NCBI GenBank assembly: GCA_965218935.1 | Contig: CBDCMH010000002.1 | Span: 320,899-384,898 of the forward strand | Source of the DNA: Acidobacteriota bacterium | Lineage (GTDB): Bacteria > Acidobacteriota > UBA6911 > RPQK01 > JADFOI01 | Direction of reading: 5' to 3' | Length of the DNA: 64,000 nt | In this document: piece after piece, positions 40,738-50,067 of the stretch | Layout: each line of letters starts with the position of its first letter | Numbering within the stretch: position 1 is the stretch's first letter | Position numbers and translations under genes: made by a program | Notes under the pieces: model-generated | What the model saw: only the letters and a program-made list of their open reading frames with translations | Told to the model about the DNA's origin: nothing | Databases searched by the model: none

Positions 40738-41847
40738 TTAATCAGGCCATTTCTGCCTTCGTACCGTCAACTCTTCGATCCACGGAAGGTCGGGTTGGTA
40801 GCCGAGGCCAGATTCCTGGGGAGGAATAATATATCCATCCGAAGTCACTTCCACGGGAGGCAAAACTGTATCGCGCTCATAGTAGCGTTTGCCGGCCGAG
40901 ACGTCACCAGGAAGGCTGAAGTTCTCCAACGTGGAAAGGGCAATATTGTGGGCACGGCCGATTCCGGTTTCCAACATCCCTCCACACCAGACCGGAATGC
41001 CCTGCTCCTGACAAAGATCATGCACCCGTTTGGCCTCGCTGGGACCTCCGACACGACCCATCTTGATATTCATGATCCTGCAGGCTTGCAATTCCATGGC
41101 GTGTGCGGCATCTCGGGCATGTCGAATCGATTCATCCAGACAAATCGCGGTGTCGATCTGGGCCTGCAATTTGGAGTGATCCAACAGATCATCGTAACGC
41201 AGCGGTTGTTCGATCATCAGTAAGCCGAACGGGTCCAACTTCTTGAGCTGCTGGACATCCTCAAGGCTATAAGCGCCATTGGCATCCACCATCAAGGAGA
41301 TATCGGGAAAGTGATCCCGGATGAGACGAACAATCTCCACATCCCACCCCGGTTTGATCTTGATTTTGATCCTCTGGTAGCCGGCTTGCAGCTCCTTTTC
41401 AATTTTTTCAAGAAGAGCGTCAGGACTTTCTTGAATTCCGATAGAGACCCCGCAAGGGACTTTCTCGCGAGTTCCTCCCAAAAGCTTCCACAGAGGCATG
41501 TCTAGTTCCTGAGCCTGAAGATCCCAAAGCGCAGCTTCAACACAACCTTTTGCCATCCTATGACCACGAATCCTGCCAAACAACTCCTGGAATTCGGTGG
41601 GACGATCAAAAGACCACTCCAGAATAGGGGTCAAAATCAAGCCGGTCAGAATCGACCAAGCCGTGTCTACCGTTTCATCACTGTAAAAAGGTCCTTCCCC
41701 TGCCACGCATTCACCCCAACCTACCGCGCCGCCGCCCCGTACTTCCACCAGAAGCACGCGCCTCTCCCCTGTGCGTCCAAAACTGGTCTCAAAGAAATCA
41801 ACCAGCGGAAGTCGAATTTCCCGTAGCGTGATACGGTTGATTTTCAT
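40738..41847 (-). CDS. enolase-superfamily enzyme (o-succinylbenzoate synthase / dipeptide epimerase-like)
   Basis: MR/MLE fold; KIKIKPGWD, DANGAY, metal-binding D/E/D positions. Confidence 0.75.
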   Translation of the reverse strand: MKINRITLREIRLPLVDFFETSFGRTGERRVLLVEVRGGGAVGWGECVAGEGPFYSDETVDTAWSILTGLILTPILEWSFDRPTEFQELFGRIRGHRMAKGCVEAALWDLQAQELDMPLWKLLGGTREKVPCGVSIGIQESPDALLEKIEKELQAGYQRIKIKIKPGWDVEIVRLIRDHFPDISLMVDANGAYSLEDVQQLKKLDPFGLLMIEQPLRYDDLLDHSKLQAQIDTAICLDESIRHARDAAHAMELQACRIMNIKMGRVGGPSEAKRVHDLCQEQGIPVWCGGMLETGIGRAHNIALSTLENFSLPGDVSAGKRYYERDTVLPPVEVTSDGYIIPPQESGLGYQPDLPWIEELTVRRQKWPD

Positions 41848-41855
41848 GATCGGAT

Positions 41856-41940
41856 CCTGACCACCTGACCCCCTGACCTCCTGACCTGCAGAAATATCAG
41901 TCGTCAGGGAGTCAGGTGGTCAGCGGGTCAGGTGGTCAGC
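41856..41940. repeat. CTGACC-octamer inverted-repeat (hairpin) element, copy 2
   Basis: CCTGACCACCTGACCCCCTGACCTCCTGACC ... reverse complement; intergenic between hyuB and enolase-family gene. Confidence 0.6.
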
Positions 41941-43557
41941 TTCTTTTCCCCCAGCCTCCTCCACCGGGGGTCTCGATACGGATGACATCACCCTTGCAAA
42001 GAGAAAGTGAAAACTTGTCCGGTAAATTCTTCCGTCGCCCCTTAACCACCAAATAGTTATTGCCTGTCTTCCCGGCGCTTCCACCTCCCAACCCATAGGG
42101 AGAAAATCGACGGCGTTCAGAGAGCATCGTCACCTGACAATCGGCCAGCATCTCAAGGCTCCGGATGATGACATCACCTCCCCTGAATTTCCCTTGACCA
42201 CCAGATCCTTGGCGCAGACGGTACTCCTTGACTCGTACAGGGAAATAGGTTTCAAGAGCTTCAATCGGTGTATTTAAGGTGTTCGTCATGTGAGTGTGAA
42301 TTCCGCGGTCTCCATCGGCCTGTGAACTGGCTCCCATTCCACCTCCAATGGTTTCGTAATAAGAAAAAGTCTGACCGGTATCAGGACCGACGCTGCCCAA
42401 AGAGAGGTTGTTCATCGTGCCACTGCTGGCCGCGGGCATACTGTCCAGTCTTGCCGCAGAAAGGGCTTTGATAAGAACATCCACGATGCGCTGTGAGGTT
42501 TCCACATTCCCTCCTGCGGTGGCCGCCGGATAACTGGCATTGACAATGGTTCCCACAGGAACGATCAAGTCTACAGGACGAATTAAGCCGGCACTGGTCG
42601 GAGTGTCCTCAGGTGCCAGGCAACGCAGCACATAATAAACAGCCGCCAGGGTAATCGCCTCCACGGCATTCATGCACCCTCTGACTTGGGGATGTGAGCC
42701 ATTGAAATTGACCGTCATCTTTTCTCCCCGAACGTCCACGGTGACTCTGATTTCGATGGATTTTCCGGGAGCGCGCTTTACCGTTCCCCCATCATCGTCC
42801 AGGAAATCCTCGGCTTGTAGCAGCCGTCAGGAATTCTTAAGATCACCCGTTTCATGATTCTCTCGCCATAATCCTGGAGTGCCCTCATATAGGCGTTCAC
42901 TTCCTGGCGACCGTTTCTTTCCACCAGGCCGAGCACTCTCTTCTCACCAATTCTTAACGAACCGATCTGGGCAGCCAGATCACCCTCTCTTTCCACTGGA
43001 GTCCGGACATTGCAAAGCACGAGCCTCAACAGGTCTCGGTTGAGTTTCCCTTTTTCGTAAAGCTTTATAGAAGGAATCCTGATCCCTTCTTGAAAAATAT
43101 CGGTGCTCAGGGGCATAGAACCGGGAGAAATTCCTCCCACGTCCGAATGGTGTGCCCGGCAAGCCACAAAGGAAACGGGTTGGGAAGGGTTCGATGGCTC
43201 AAAAAGGGGCGCAACCATCGTGACATCTGGAAGGTGGGTGCCCCCTGCGAAGGGATCGTTCAAAACCACCACATCACCGGGGTCCAGAGGAAAGGCATCC
43301 ATGGCCGCCTGGACCGCAAGCGGCATCGACCCCAGGTGCACGGGCATATGGTCTCCCATGGCGACCAGTTGACCCCGATCGTCAAACAAGGCACAGGAGT
43401 AGTCTCTGCGCTCCTTAATGTTGGGAGAATAAGCTGTCCGCCTGAGAACAGTACCCATTTCTTGGGCAATCGAGGAAAAGAAATTTCGGTAAATCTCAAG
43501 TTTGATGGGATGATAGGAATCCGACATGGTGTCTCCCATAATGGGCATTATATCCAC
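41936..43557 (-). pseudogene. hyuB: hydantoinase B/oxoprolinase (HyuB) gene with 1-nt frameshift near 42768
   Basis: N-half (42778-43557) and C-half (41936-42739) of HyuB in adjacent frames; junction TACAAGCCGAGG fits loss of one G (YKAEDFLDDDG restored); no hyuA adjacent. Confidence 0.75.
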
Positions 43558-43663
43558 TAGCCCGAACTATACATAAATTGTCCACTGCAGCGACGCAATC
43601 ATCCACGCTGACCGCGTTGAGTTCCCTTTGCCTGGTATAATTCCCACCCACGGAGATGAGTCG

Positions 43664-44521
43664 TCCATGAAAAGGCTAATTCTCGTATTGGAAACGATTA
43701 AGTTCGAGCACACTATTTTTGCACTCCCGTTCGCCTTTCTGGGTGCTTTTCTGGCAGCTCGGGGATTTCCCGGCTGGGAGACCAGCTTTTGGATCATCAT
43801 GGCCATGACCGGAGCCCGGAGCGCCGCCATGTCCTTTAATCGGCTCGCCGACCGCTTTGATGATCGCCTGAATCCACGCACGGCCGATCGTGCCCTGCCT
43901 CAGAAACTCCTGAGTGTCCAGTTTGTCGCACTATTCACGCTGGTAAGCTCGACACTGTTCATCTTCTCAGCCTGGATGCTCAATGAATTGGCTTTTCGCC
44001 TTTCTCCAATCGCCTTGGCCATCATCCTTCTTTACAGCTACACGAAAAGGTTTACCTCGCTGTCGCATCTGGTTCTGGGATTATCCCTTGCCATCGCTCC
44101 GGTGGGCGGTTGGGTTGCCGTGCGCGGAGAAATTCATCTGGCTCCTTTCTATGTGGCAGCTGCTGTTCTTTTTTGGGTGGGAGGATTCGACATCATTTAC
44201 GCCTGTCAGGATTACGAATTCGACCGGAAATTCGGCCGATATTCCTTGCCCAGCACATGGGGAATCAAGACAGCACTTCGAATCTCTGCCTGGTTTCACG
44301 TCCTAATGATGCTTTTGCTCATCTACGCTTTTTTCCAATTTCAGCTCTCTTTACTCAGCTGGATGGGGTTGGTCCTGGCGGGAATCGGACTGATCTATGA
44401 ACACAGTCTGGTCCAACCCGAAGATCTGAGTCGCCTCAATGCTGCTTTTTTCACGCTCAATGGCCTCATCAGTGTTGTCTTGTTTGTATTCGTCGGTCTC
44501 GATCTATGTCTCTTTGTATAG
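43664..44521 (+). CDS. UbiA-family aromatic prenyltransferase
   Basis: NRLADRFDD and later DxxxD-like motifs; 8-9 TM helices. Confidence 0.8.
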   Translation, partial: SMKRLILVLETIKFEHTIFALPFAFLGAFLAARGFPGWETSFWIIMAMTGARSAAMSFNRLADRFDDRLNPRTADRALPQKLLSVQFVALFTLVSSTLFIFSAWMLNELAFRLSPIALAIILLYSYTKRFTSLSHLVLGLSLAIAPVGGWVAVRGEIHLAPFYVAAAVLFWVGGFDIIYACQDYEFDRKFGRYSLPSTWGIKTALRISAWFHVLMMLLLIYAFFQFQLSLLSWMGLVLAGIGLIYEHSLVQPEDLSRLNAAFFTLNGLISVVLFVFVGLDLCLFV

Positions 44522-44827
44522 ATTCTCGAGCCGGGAAGGCATACCATCATTTTCCGTACCTGCAAACCGACGTTGACATTCAGACAACACGTGCGTCAGG
44601 GCAGTCAATATATAGTAGGTCTACCCAATTTCAAATACTATATATGGAATCCCAGCCATTGGCACGCCTTTTGCTTAATTTACAACGGAGAGAGTTTTCT
44701 TGACTTTTCGGTTCGTATATTTCGCAGTTCGATCGTTATAATGAATAGAAGCAAACCCTAGAAGATTTGCCTCTGGGCTGCTGGTGCGAAAGCGCTTTTC
44801 CGTCCAGAAAAAGGGGGAAGGATTCCC

Positions 44828-46044
44828 ATGCCTACTTACAAATTCAGAGGTCGCCGCTATGACACCGGTGCAGTAATTGAAGGTGAACGTCCGGCTCAGA
44901 ATACTCAGAGTCTCGCCGCTACCCTGCGTTCGGAAAAGATCATGCCCATCAGTATCAATGAAAAAAGGGGAAGGCCTCCGCAGGGAAGGGCAAGAAGGCT
45001 GGAAAGGTCACCTCCGGACAAATCGCGATCTTTACGAAGCAGTTTTCCGTCATGTTGGAAGCGGGTTTGCCTCTGGTTCAGTCGCTGGGTATTCTGGCCG
45101 AGCAGCAGGAAAACGCCGCTATGGCAAAATGTCTTGACGAGGTTCGGGAAGATGTTGAGGCAGGCTCCACACTGGCCGAAGCGATGCGCAAACATCCCAA
45201 GGTCTTTGACACTCTCTTCGTCAACATGATTTCCGCAGGCGAGGCAGGCGGTATTTTAGATGTTATCTTACAGCGTCTGTCGGTCTTCGTAGAAAAACTC
45301 GTAAAGCTCAAACGCTCTCTGGTTTCCGCCTCAGTTTATCCCGGTGTGGTGATCACCGTAGCTATCGGTATCGTTGTCGCCATCATGGTTTTCGTTATTC
45401 CGACCTTCGCTGAACTGTTTAAGAACATGAATGCGACTCTGCCTCTACCCACCCGCTTTGTCATGGGCCTAAGCGATTTCATGGTTGCATACATCCTCCC
45501 GATCATCGCCTTCCTTGTTTTGCTTTTGATCGGTGGCCAGCGTTACTACAGCACTTACTCGGGCCGGTTGGTGATCGACGGGATGATACTGAAAATCCCT
45601 ATTTTCGGAGCGGTCATCCAAAAGATCATTGTGGCCCGATTTTCACAAACCTTAGGAACCCTTCTCAGCAGCGGCATTTCCATCCTTGAAGCGCTCGACA
45701 TTACGGCTCGCACGGCTGGAAACCTCGTCATTCAGAACGCCTTGCTGGAAGCTCGAAAGGCTGTTCAAGAAGGAAACACGCTTGTTGAGCCGTTGAAGAG
45801 GAGCGGGCTGTTCCCTGCCATGGTGGTCCAGATGGTGGGTGTAGGAGAGCAGACGGGTGAACTGGATCAGATGCTTCAGAAAATGGCCGATTTTTACGAG
45901 GAACAGGCGGATGCTGCAATCGCCGATTTTCTCACCTTGATCGAGCCTTTGATGATAGTATTTCTCGGCGGGATTATTGGCGGAATCGTTATTTCCATGT
46001 ACATGCCAATATTTAGCCTGATCGGGAAGTTGGCAGGTGGATGA
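44828..46044 (+). CDS. pilC: type IV pilus assembly protein PilC (GspF family), frame disrupted at A6G4 homopolymer (44961-44970)
   Basis: PilC N-terminus MPTYKFRGRRYDTGAVIEGE and two GspF domains; the correct frame resumes in +2 after the A-run (one extra A would restore it). Confidence 0.8.
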
Positions 46045-47620
46045 TTTCAAGAAGAAGCTCCTAAACTTAATCATCGTCAGGCTCGTCCTGGTGAGCCTGG
46101 TGCTGGGATTTGCCATCTTTGCCCTTTCCCAGCAAGTATCCGCTTTTGAGTTTCTTCAACCCTTCATACTCGCTGTTTACGCTCTCTCCGTAGTTTACGT
46201 CCTCCTCTGGCAGTACACGGACCGGCTCAGTCTCATCTACAACATACAGTTCTTCTTCGATCTCGTTCTGATCTCTCTGCTGATTTTCATCTCGGGTGGA
46301 ATCAACAGCCTCTTTACGCCTTTTTACGTTCTCATCATCGTCTACGCCAGCTTACTGAAACATCGGGAAGGGGGCGTCATCGCTCTTACCCTGAGTATCA
46401 CCAGCTACTCCGGTATCGTTCACCTCGGCTACCTGGGTTGGGTGCCCGGAGGCGCTGAAATCGGATCTTACCCTCTCATCGTTTACCGGATCTCTCTGAA
46501 TACGCTCGGTTTCATGGGCGTTGCCATGCTCGGTATCTATCTCTCTGAACGCTTGCAGAGCGCCCGCCAGGAATTGGGCACCGCCAAAGTGGTCCACCAA
46601 ACCATCGTCAACAGTATCCGTGATGGGCTGATCACTCTGGATTTGGAGGGTCGTATCACTTCCTGCAATCGAACGGGTGAAGAAATCTGCGGATTCTCGC
46701 AGCAGGAGTTGCTCTTGAAGCCCATCTCCGAACTCCTTTCCGAATCGGTCCTGGAGAGCATCTTAAAGAGCGACTTCGAATCGAATCAGCGAGCACTCCA
46801 CATCGAGTGCTGGAGCAGGAATAAAAAGGGGGACCCACTATTTGTAGGCTTGAGCTGCTCCCCCCTGTTGTCTCATGACAACCAGCAGACCGGCTACATC
46901 CTCTCTGTAAAGGATCTGACTGAAATCAAAAAGCGTGAAGAGGAGGTTCAGCTCCAGGAGAAGATGGCAGCTATTGGACAGATGGCAGCTGGCTTGGCCC
47001 ACGAGATTCGCAATCCGCTGGGTTCCTTGTGGGGAAGCATCCAGGTCCTCCAGTCCGAATTACATTTGTCTGACGAAAAAGCAAGACTGCTCAAGATCAT
47101 CACCGGAGAATGCAAGCGACTCAATAAAATTGTGGGGGATTTCCTTGCCTATGCTGGCCCCAGGTCGACCCAACTGCAGAGAATTGACCTTCTTTCTCTT
47201 GTCCAGGACACGGTCGATCTCTTTAAGAATAGTCCCGAGTTTCACGGACGTCACAGCATTGAGATCCTCCCCGCTCCCGAACCGCTTCGCTGTCTGGCTG
47301 ATTCCGATCAGTTTCGACAGGTGGTCTGGAACATCATCCAAAACGGCATTCGGGCTATGCCCAGCGGGGGCAAGCTGTCCATTCAAGTCCGTCAAAGAGA
47401 TTCACGAGCTCTGTTAAGTTTTACTGATGAGGGAATCGGGATGAGCTCCAAGGAAGAAAAAGAGCTTTTCCAGCCCTTTCTCAGCGGATTTAGGAATGGA
47501 GCCGGTCTGGGAATGGCGATTGTTTATCAGATCATCCAACAGCATCACGGGAAAATCGATATCCGCAGCCAGCGTAATGCCGGTACTGTCATCGACATCT
47601 CGCTTCCCCTTGAGCACTAG
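46037..47620 (+). CDS. pilS: PilS-like sensor histidine kinase (multi-TM, PAS, HisKA, HATPase_c)
   Basis: 6 TM N-terminus, H-box LAHEIRNPL, G-boxes; start overlaps pilC stop. Confidence 0.8.
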   Translation: MDDFKKKLLNLIIVRLVLVSLVLGFAIFALSQQVSAFEFLQPFILAVYALSVVYVLLWQYTDRLSLIYNIQFFFDLVLISLLIFISGGINSLFTPFYVLIIVYASLLKHREGGVIALTLSITSYSGIVHLGYLGWVPGGAEIGSYPLIVYRISLNTLGFMGVAMLGIYLSERLQSARQELGTAKVVHQTIVNSIRDGLITLDLEGRITSCNRTGEEICGFSQQELLLKPISELLSESVLESILKSDFESNQRALHIECWSRNKKGDPLFVGLSCSPLLSHDNQQTGYILSVKDLTEIKKREEEVQLQEKMAAIGQMAAGLAHEIRNPLGSLWGSIQVLQSELHLSDEKARLLKIITGECKRLNKIVGDFLAYAGPRSTQLQRIDLLSLVQDTVDLFKNSPEFHGRHSIEILPAPEPLRCLADSDQFRQVVWNIIQNGIRAMPSGGKLSIQVRQRDSRALLSFTDEGIGMSSKEEKELFQPFLSGFRNGAGLGMAIVYQIIQQHHGKIDIRSQRNAGTVIDISLPLEH

Positions 47621-47708
47621 CCGGGCCTATTCATAGATTCTCTGCTGCAGCCGCGAAACCATCCGCCCTGACTGCGTTCCTTGCTACCAGGGGCAAGAAC
47701 CTCTGGAA

Positions 47709-47771
47709 TGTGGGAGGCACCTCAGGTGCCGGACATCTCTTTTCGGATTCGGCCTTCAGGTGCCTCCCACA
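47709..47771. terminator. bidirectional hairpin between convergent pilS and pilR
   Basis: 15-bp stem TGTGGGAGGCACCTC / CAGGTGCCTCCCACA with ~33-nt loop. Confidence 0.4.
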
Positions 47772-47803
47772 CTCCGGAGTCTTCGCACGGTCCTGGCTCG
47801 CCC

Positions 47804-49342
47804 CTACCCTACTTCTTCCTTCTTGCCTTCTTCTTTTGTTTCCGTACTGCTTTCTGCGGTCTCCTCACTACCTTCTGCTTTCACCTTTCTTCTCTCCCCT
47901 GCCTTGTGTCTTCTCTCTCCATCTCTCCTCTCACCACTCCGTTCCTTCTGTTTCTTTCTGAGTCCCAGAGTATCCAGACGGTGCCTCAGAGATCGATAGG
48001 AGACTTGCAAAATCTCGGACGTCTTGGTCTGGTTCCCTTCCGCCAGCTCAAGAGCCTGTTCGATGATCTGTCTCTCGACCGTTTTCAAGTACTCCTCCAA
48101 ATCCAAACCCTCATGGGCGGAAAAGCGGGGCAAATCAGTTTCATGAGCCCCGACCTGTCCGCGCACCCTCTCCGGCAGTCTTGCTTTTTGGATAAATTCA
48201 CCGCTCTCCAGAGTAACGGCCCTCTCAATAACATTCTCCAACTCTCTTACATTGCCGGGCCAACTGTACTCCTCGAGGCAGGATAGCCCTTCTTCAGTCA
48301 CTCCCTTGATCTGTCGACCCAACCGTTCATTGTATTTTTGAATAAAGTGTCGTACCAAGGGAACAATGTCAGGCTTTCGGTCACGCAAAGGGGGGATGTG
48401 GATCGGAATGACCGCGAGTCGATAGTAGAGATCTTCTCGAAACTCCCCCTCTTCAACCGCCCTCTCCAAATTCTGGTTGGTAGCCGCAATCAGGCGGGCA
48501 TCGATTTCAATTTCCTTAGTCCCTCCGATTCGTCGAACCTTTCTTTCTTGCAAAGCTCGAAGAACCTTGACCTGCATGGAGGGGGGCATTTCTCCCACCT
48601 CGTCCAAAAACAGAGTTCCTCCCATAGCGACTTCCAGTAGCCCCTTCTTCTCACTGACTGCACCCGTGAAGGCCCCCTTCATGTACCCGAAAAGCTCAGA
48701 TTCCAGAAGTGTCTCCGGAAACGCTCCACAATTGATGGAGACGAAAGGATGTTCCGGGTTCAGACTGGCTTGATGAATAGCTCGGGCCACCAGCTCTTTT
48801 CCGGTTCCACTTTCCCCGGAAATCAAGATCGTAGTATCGGTCGGTGCAATGGTTCCAATCAGTTTATAGATCTCCAGCATGGCCGGAGAGGTGCCAATCA
48901 TGTCGTCTTCTTCAATACGCTGTCTCTCCAACACCCTGACCTGATGCCTCAGATTTCGAGCCAGCAGGGCATTTTTGATGAGGTTGGTTAATTCCTCCAC
49001 CTGAAAAGGCTTGGTGATATAGTCGAAAGCTCCCAGTTTCAGGGCCTCGATGGCCGTATCTGAGGATGCGTAGGCGGTCATAAAAATGAAGGGAACCTCC
49101 GGATCAATCTCGTGTGATGCCTTCAGCAACCCCAACCCATCCAAGTCGGGCATCCTCAAATCGGAAATGACCAGATCAAAACCGGGCTTCTCCGAGAGCA
49201 GCTCCAATGCCTTGCGACTTTCCTGAACGCTGCTGACGCCATATCCTTCTTTTTTCAGCACGTATTCCAGAAATTCGAGCATGCTCTGCTCATCATCTAC
49301 AACCAGGATTTGTTCTACGAGAGTTTGCTCCACAGACTCCAT
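47804..49342 (-). CDS. pilR: PilR-like sigma-54-dependent response regulator (REC-AAA+-Fis HTH) with charged C-terminal tail
   Basis: REC domain D-box, GAFTGA loop, ESELFGY, Fis-type HTH; extra ~50-aa K/E/R tail. Confidence 0.9.
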   Translation of the reverse strand: MESVEQTLVEQILVVDDEQSMLEFLEYVLKKEGYGVSSVQESRKALELLSEKPGFDLVISDLRMPDLDGLGLLKASHEIDPEVPFIFMTAYASSDTAIEALKLGAFDYITKPFQVEELTNLIKNALLARNLRHQVRVLERQRIEEDDMIGTSPAMLEIYKLIGTIAPTDTTILISGESGTGKELVARAIHQASLNPEHPFVSINCGAFPETLLESELFGYMKGAFTGAVSEKKGLLEVAMGGTLFLDEVGEMPPSMQVKVLRALQERKVRRIGGTKEIEIDARLIAATNQNLERAVEEGEFREDLYYRLAVIPIHIPPLRDRKPDIVPLVRHFIQKYNERLGRQIKGVTEEGLSCLEEYSWPGNVRELENVIERAVTLESGEFIQKARLPERVRGQVGAHETDLPRFSAHEGLDLEEYLKTVERQIIEQALELAEGNQTKTSEILQVSYRSLRHRLDTLGLRKKQKERSGERRDGERRHKAGERRKVKAEGSEETAESSTETKEEGKKEEVG

Positions 49343-49491
49343 TATAACGAATTACTTGCCCTTCTACGTCAGTTCAGCCCTCTGCATTGTGCCTAAAATC
49401 GGCTTATCGGGGAGGACAGGCCGGTCCCTAACAATCTATAACCCTATTCATATAAGTCATTTGCTTGATGCCTCTGAGGCGCCAAAGAGTT

Positions 49492-49507
49492 TGGCATGGC
49501 TCTTGCC
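49492..49507 (+). promoter_or_regulatory. sigma-54 (-24/-12) promoter upstream of pilA
   Basis: TGGCATGGCTCTTGCC = GG-N10-GC with TGGCA(T) / TTGC elements, 32 nt before pilA ATG. Confidence 0.6.
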
Positions 49508-49538
49508 TATAACCATCGGGAAAGAAGGAGGTATCGTC

Positions 49539-49970
49539 ATGAGACACAACAAAGGGTTTTCGTTGATTGAATTGCTTATCGTGGTAGCCATTATTGGGAT
49601 TATCGCGGCTATCGCCGTCCCCAATCTTCTGCAGTCCAAGGCTGCAGCCAATGAGGCTTCAGCGATCAGTGCCATCCGTAACGTCGTGACTTCACAGATC
49701 ACTTACTCTGCGACGGTGGGGTCAGGACAATACGCAGCCGATCTGGCTGCCCTGCAGGGTGCCAGCTTGATTGACAGCGTGCTGGGTTCTGGAACGAAGG
49801 ACGGATATACGTTCACCAGTTCTGGTGCTGCCAACACCTTCGAGGTCACTGCGGGCCCCGTTGCTTATGGTTCCACCGGCACCCGTTACTTCTTCTCTGA
49901 TGAGTCGGGTGTTATCCGCTATGACACCGGCGCAGCTGCGACGGTCGCCTCTAGCCCCTTGGGCCAGTAA
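49539..49970 (+). CDS. pilA: type IV pilin (PilA-like), prepilin leader and N-methylation motif
   Basis: MRHNKGFSLIELLIVVAIIGIIAAIAVP; strong RBS GAAGGAGG. Confidence 0.85.
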   Translation: MRHNKGFSLIELLIVVAIIGIIAAIAVPNLLQSKAAANEASAISAIRNVVTSQITYSATVGSGQYAADLAALQGASLIDSVLGSGTKDGYTFTSSGAANTFEVTAGPVAYGSTGTRYFFSDESGVIRYDTGAAATVASSPLGQ

Positions 49971-50011
49971 ACACGGGCTACGTTCGCACCCCCCAATAAA
50001 AGAAGGGCGAC

Positions 50012-50046
50012 CTGTGAGGGTCGCCCTTCTTTTTGTCTAAATGTCA
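50012..50046. terminator. rho-independent bidirectional terminator between pilA and rpoC
   Basis: GAAGGGCGACC-TGTGA-GGGTCGCCCTTC followed by TTTTT (and A-run on the other strand). Confidence 0.7.
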
Positions 50047-50067
50047 GTTGTCAGCTGTTAGTACTCT

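Noticed and set aside
43561-43620. Fourth copy of the 60-bp palindromic repeat (shares CTGCAGCGACG)
   Set aside because: Only an 11-bp core match; flanking arms are absent.
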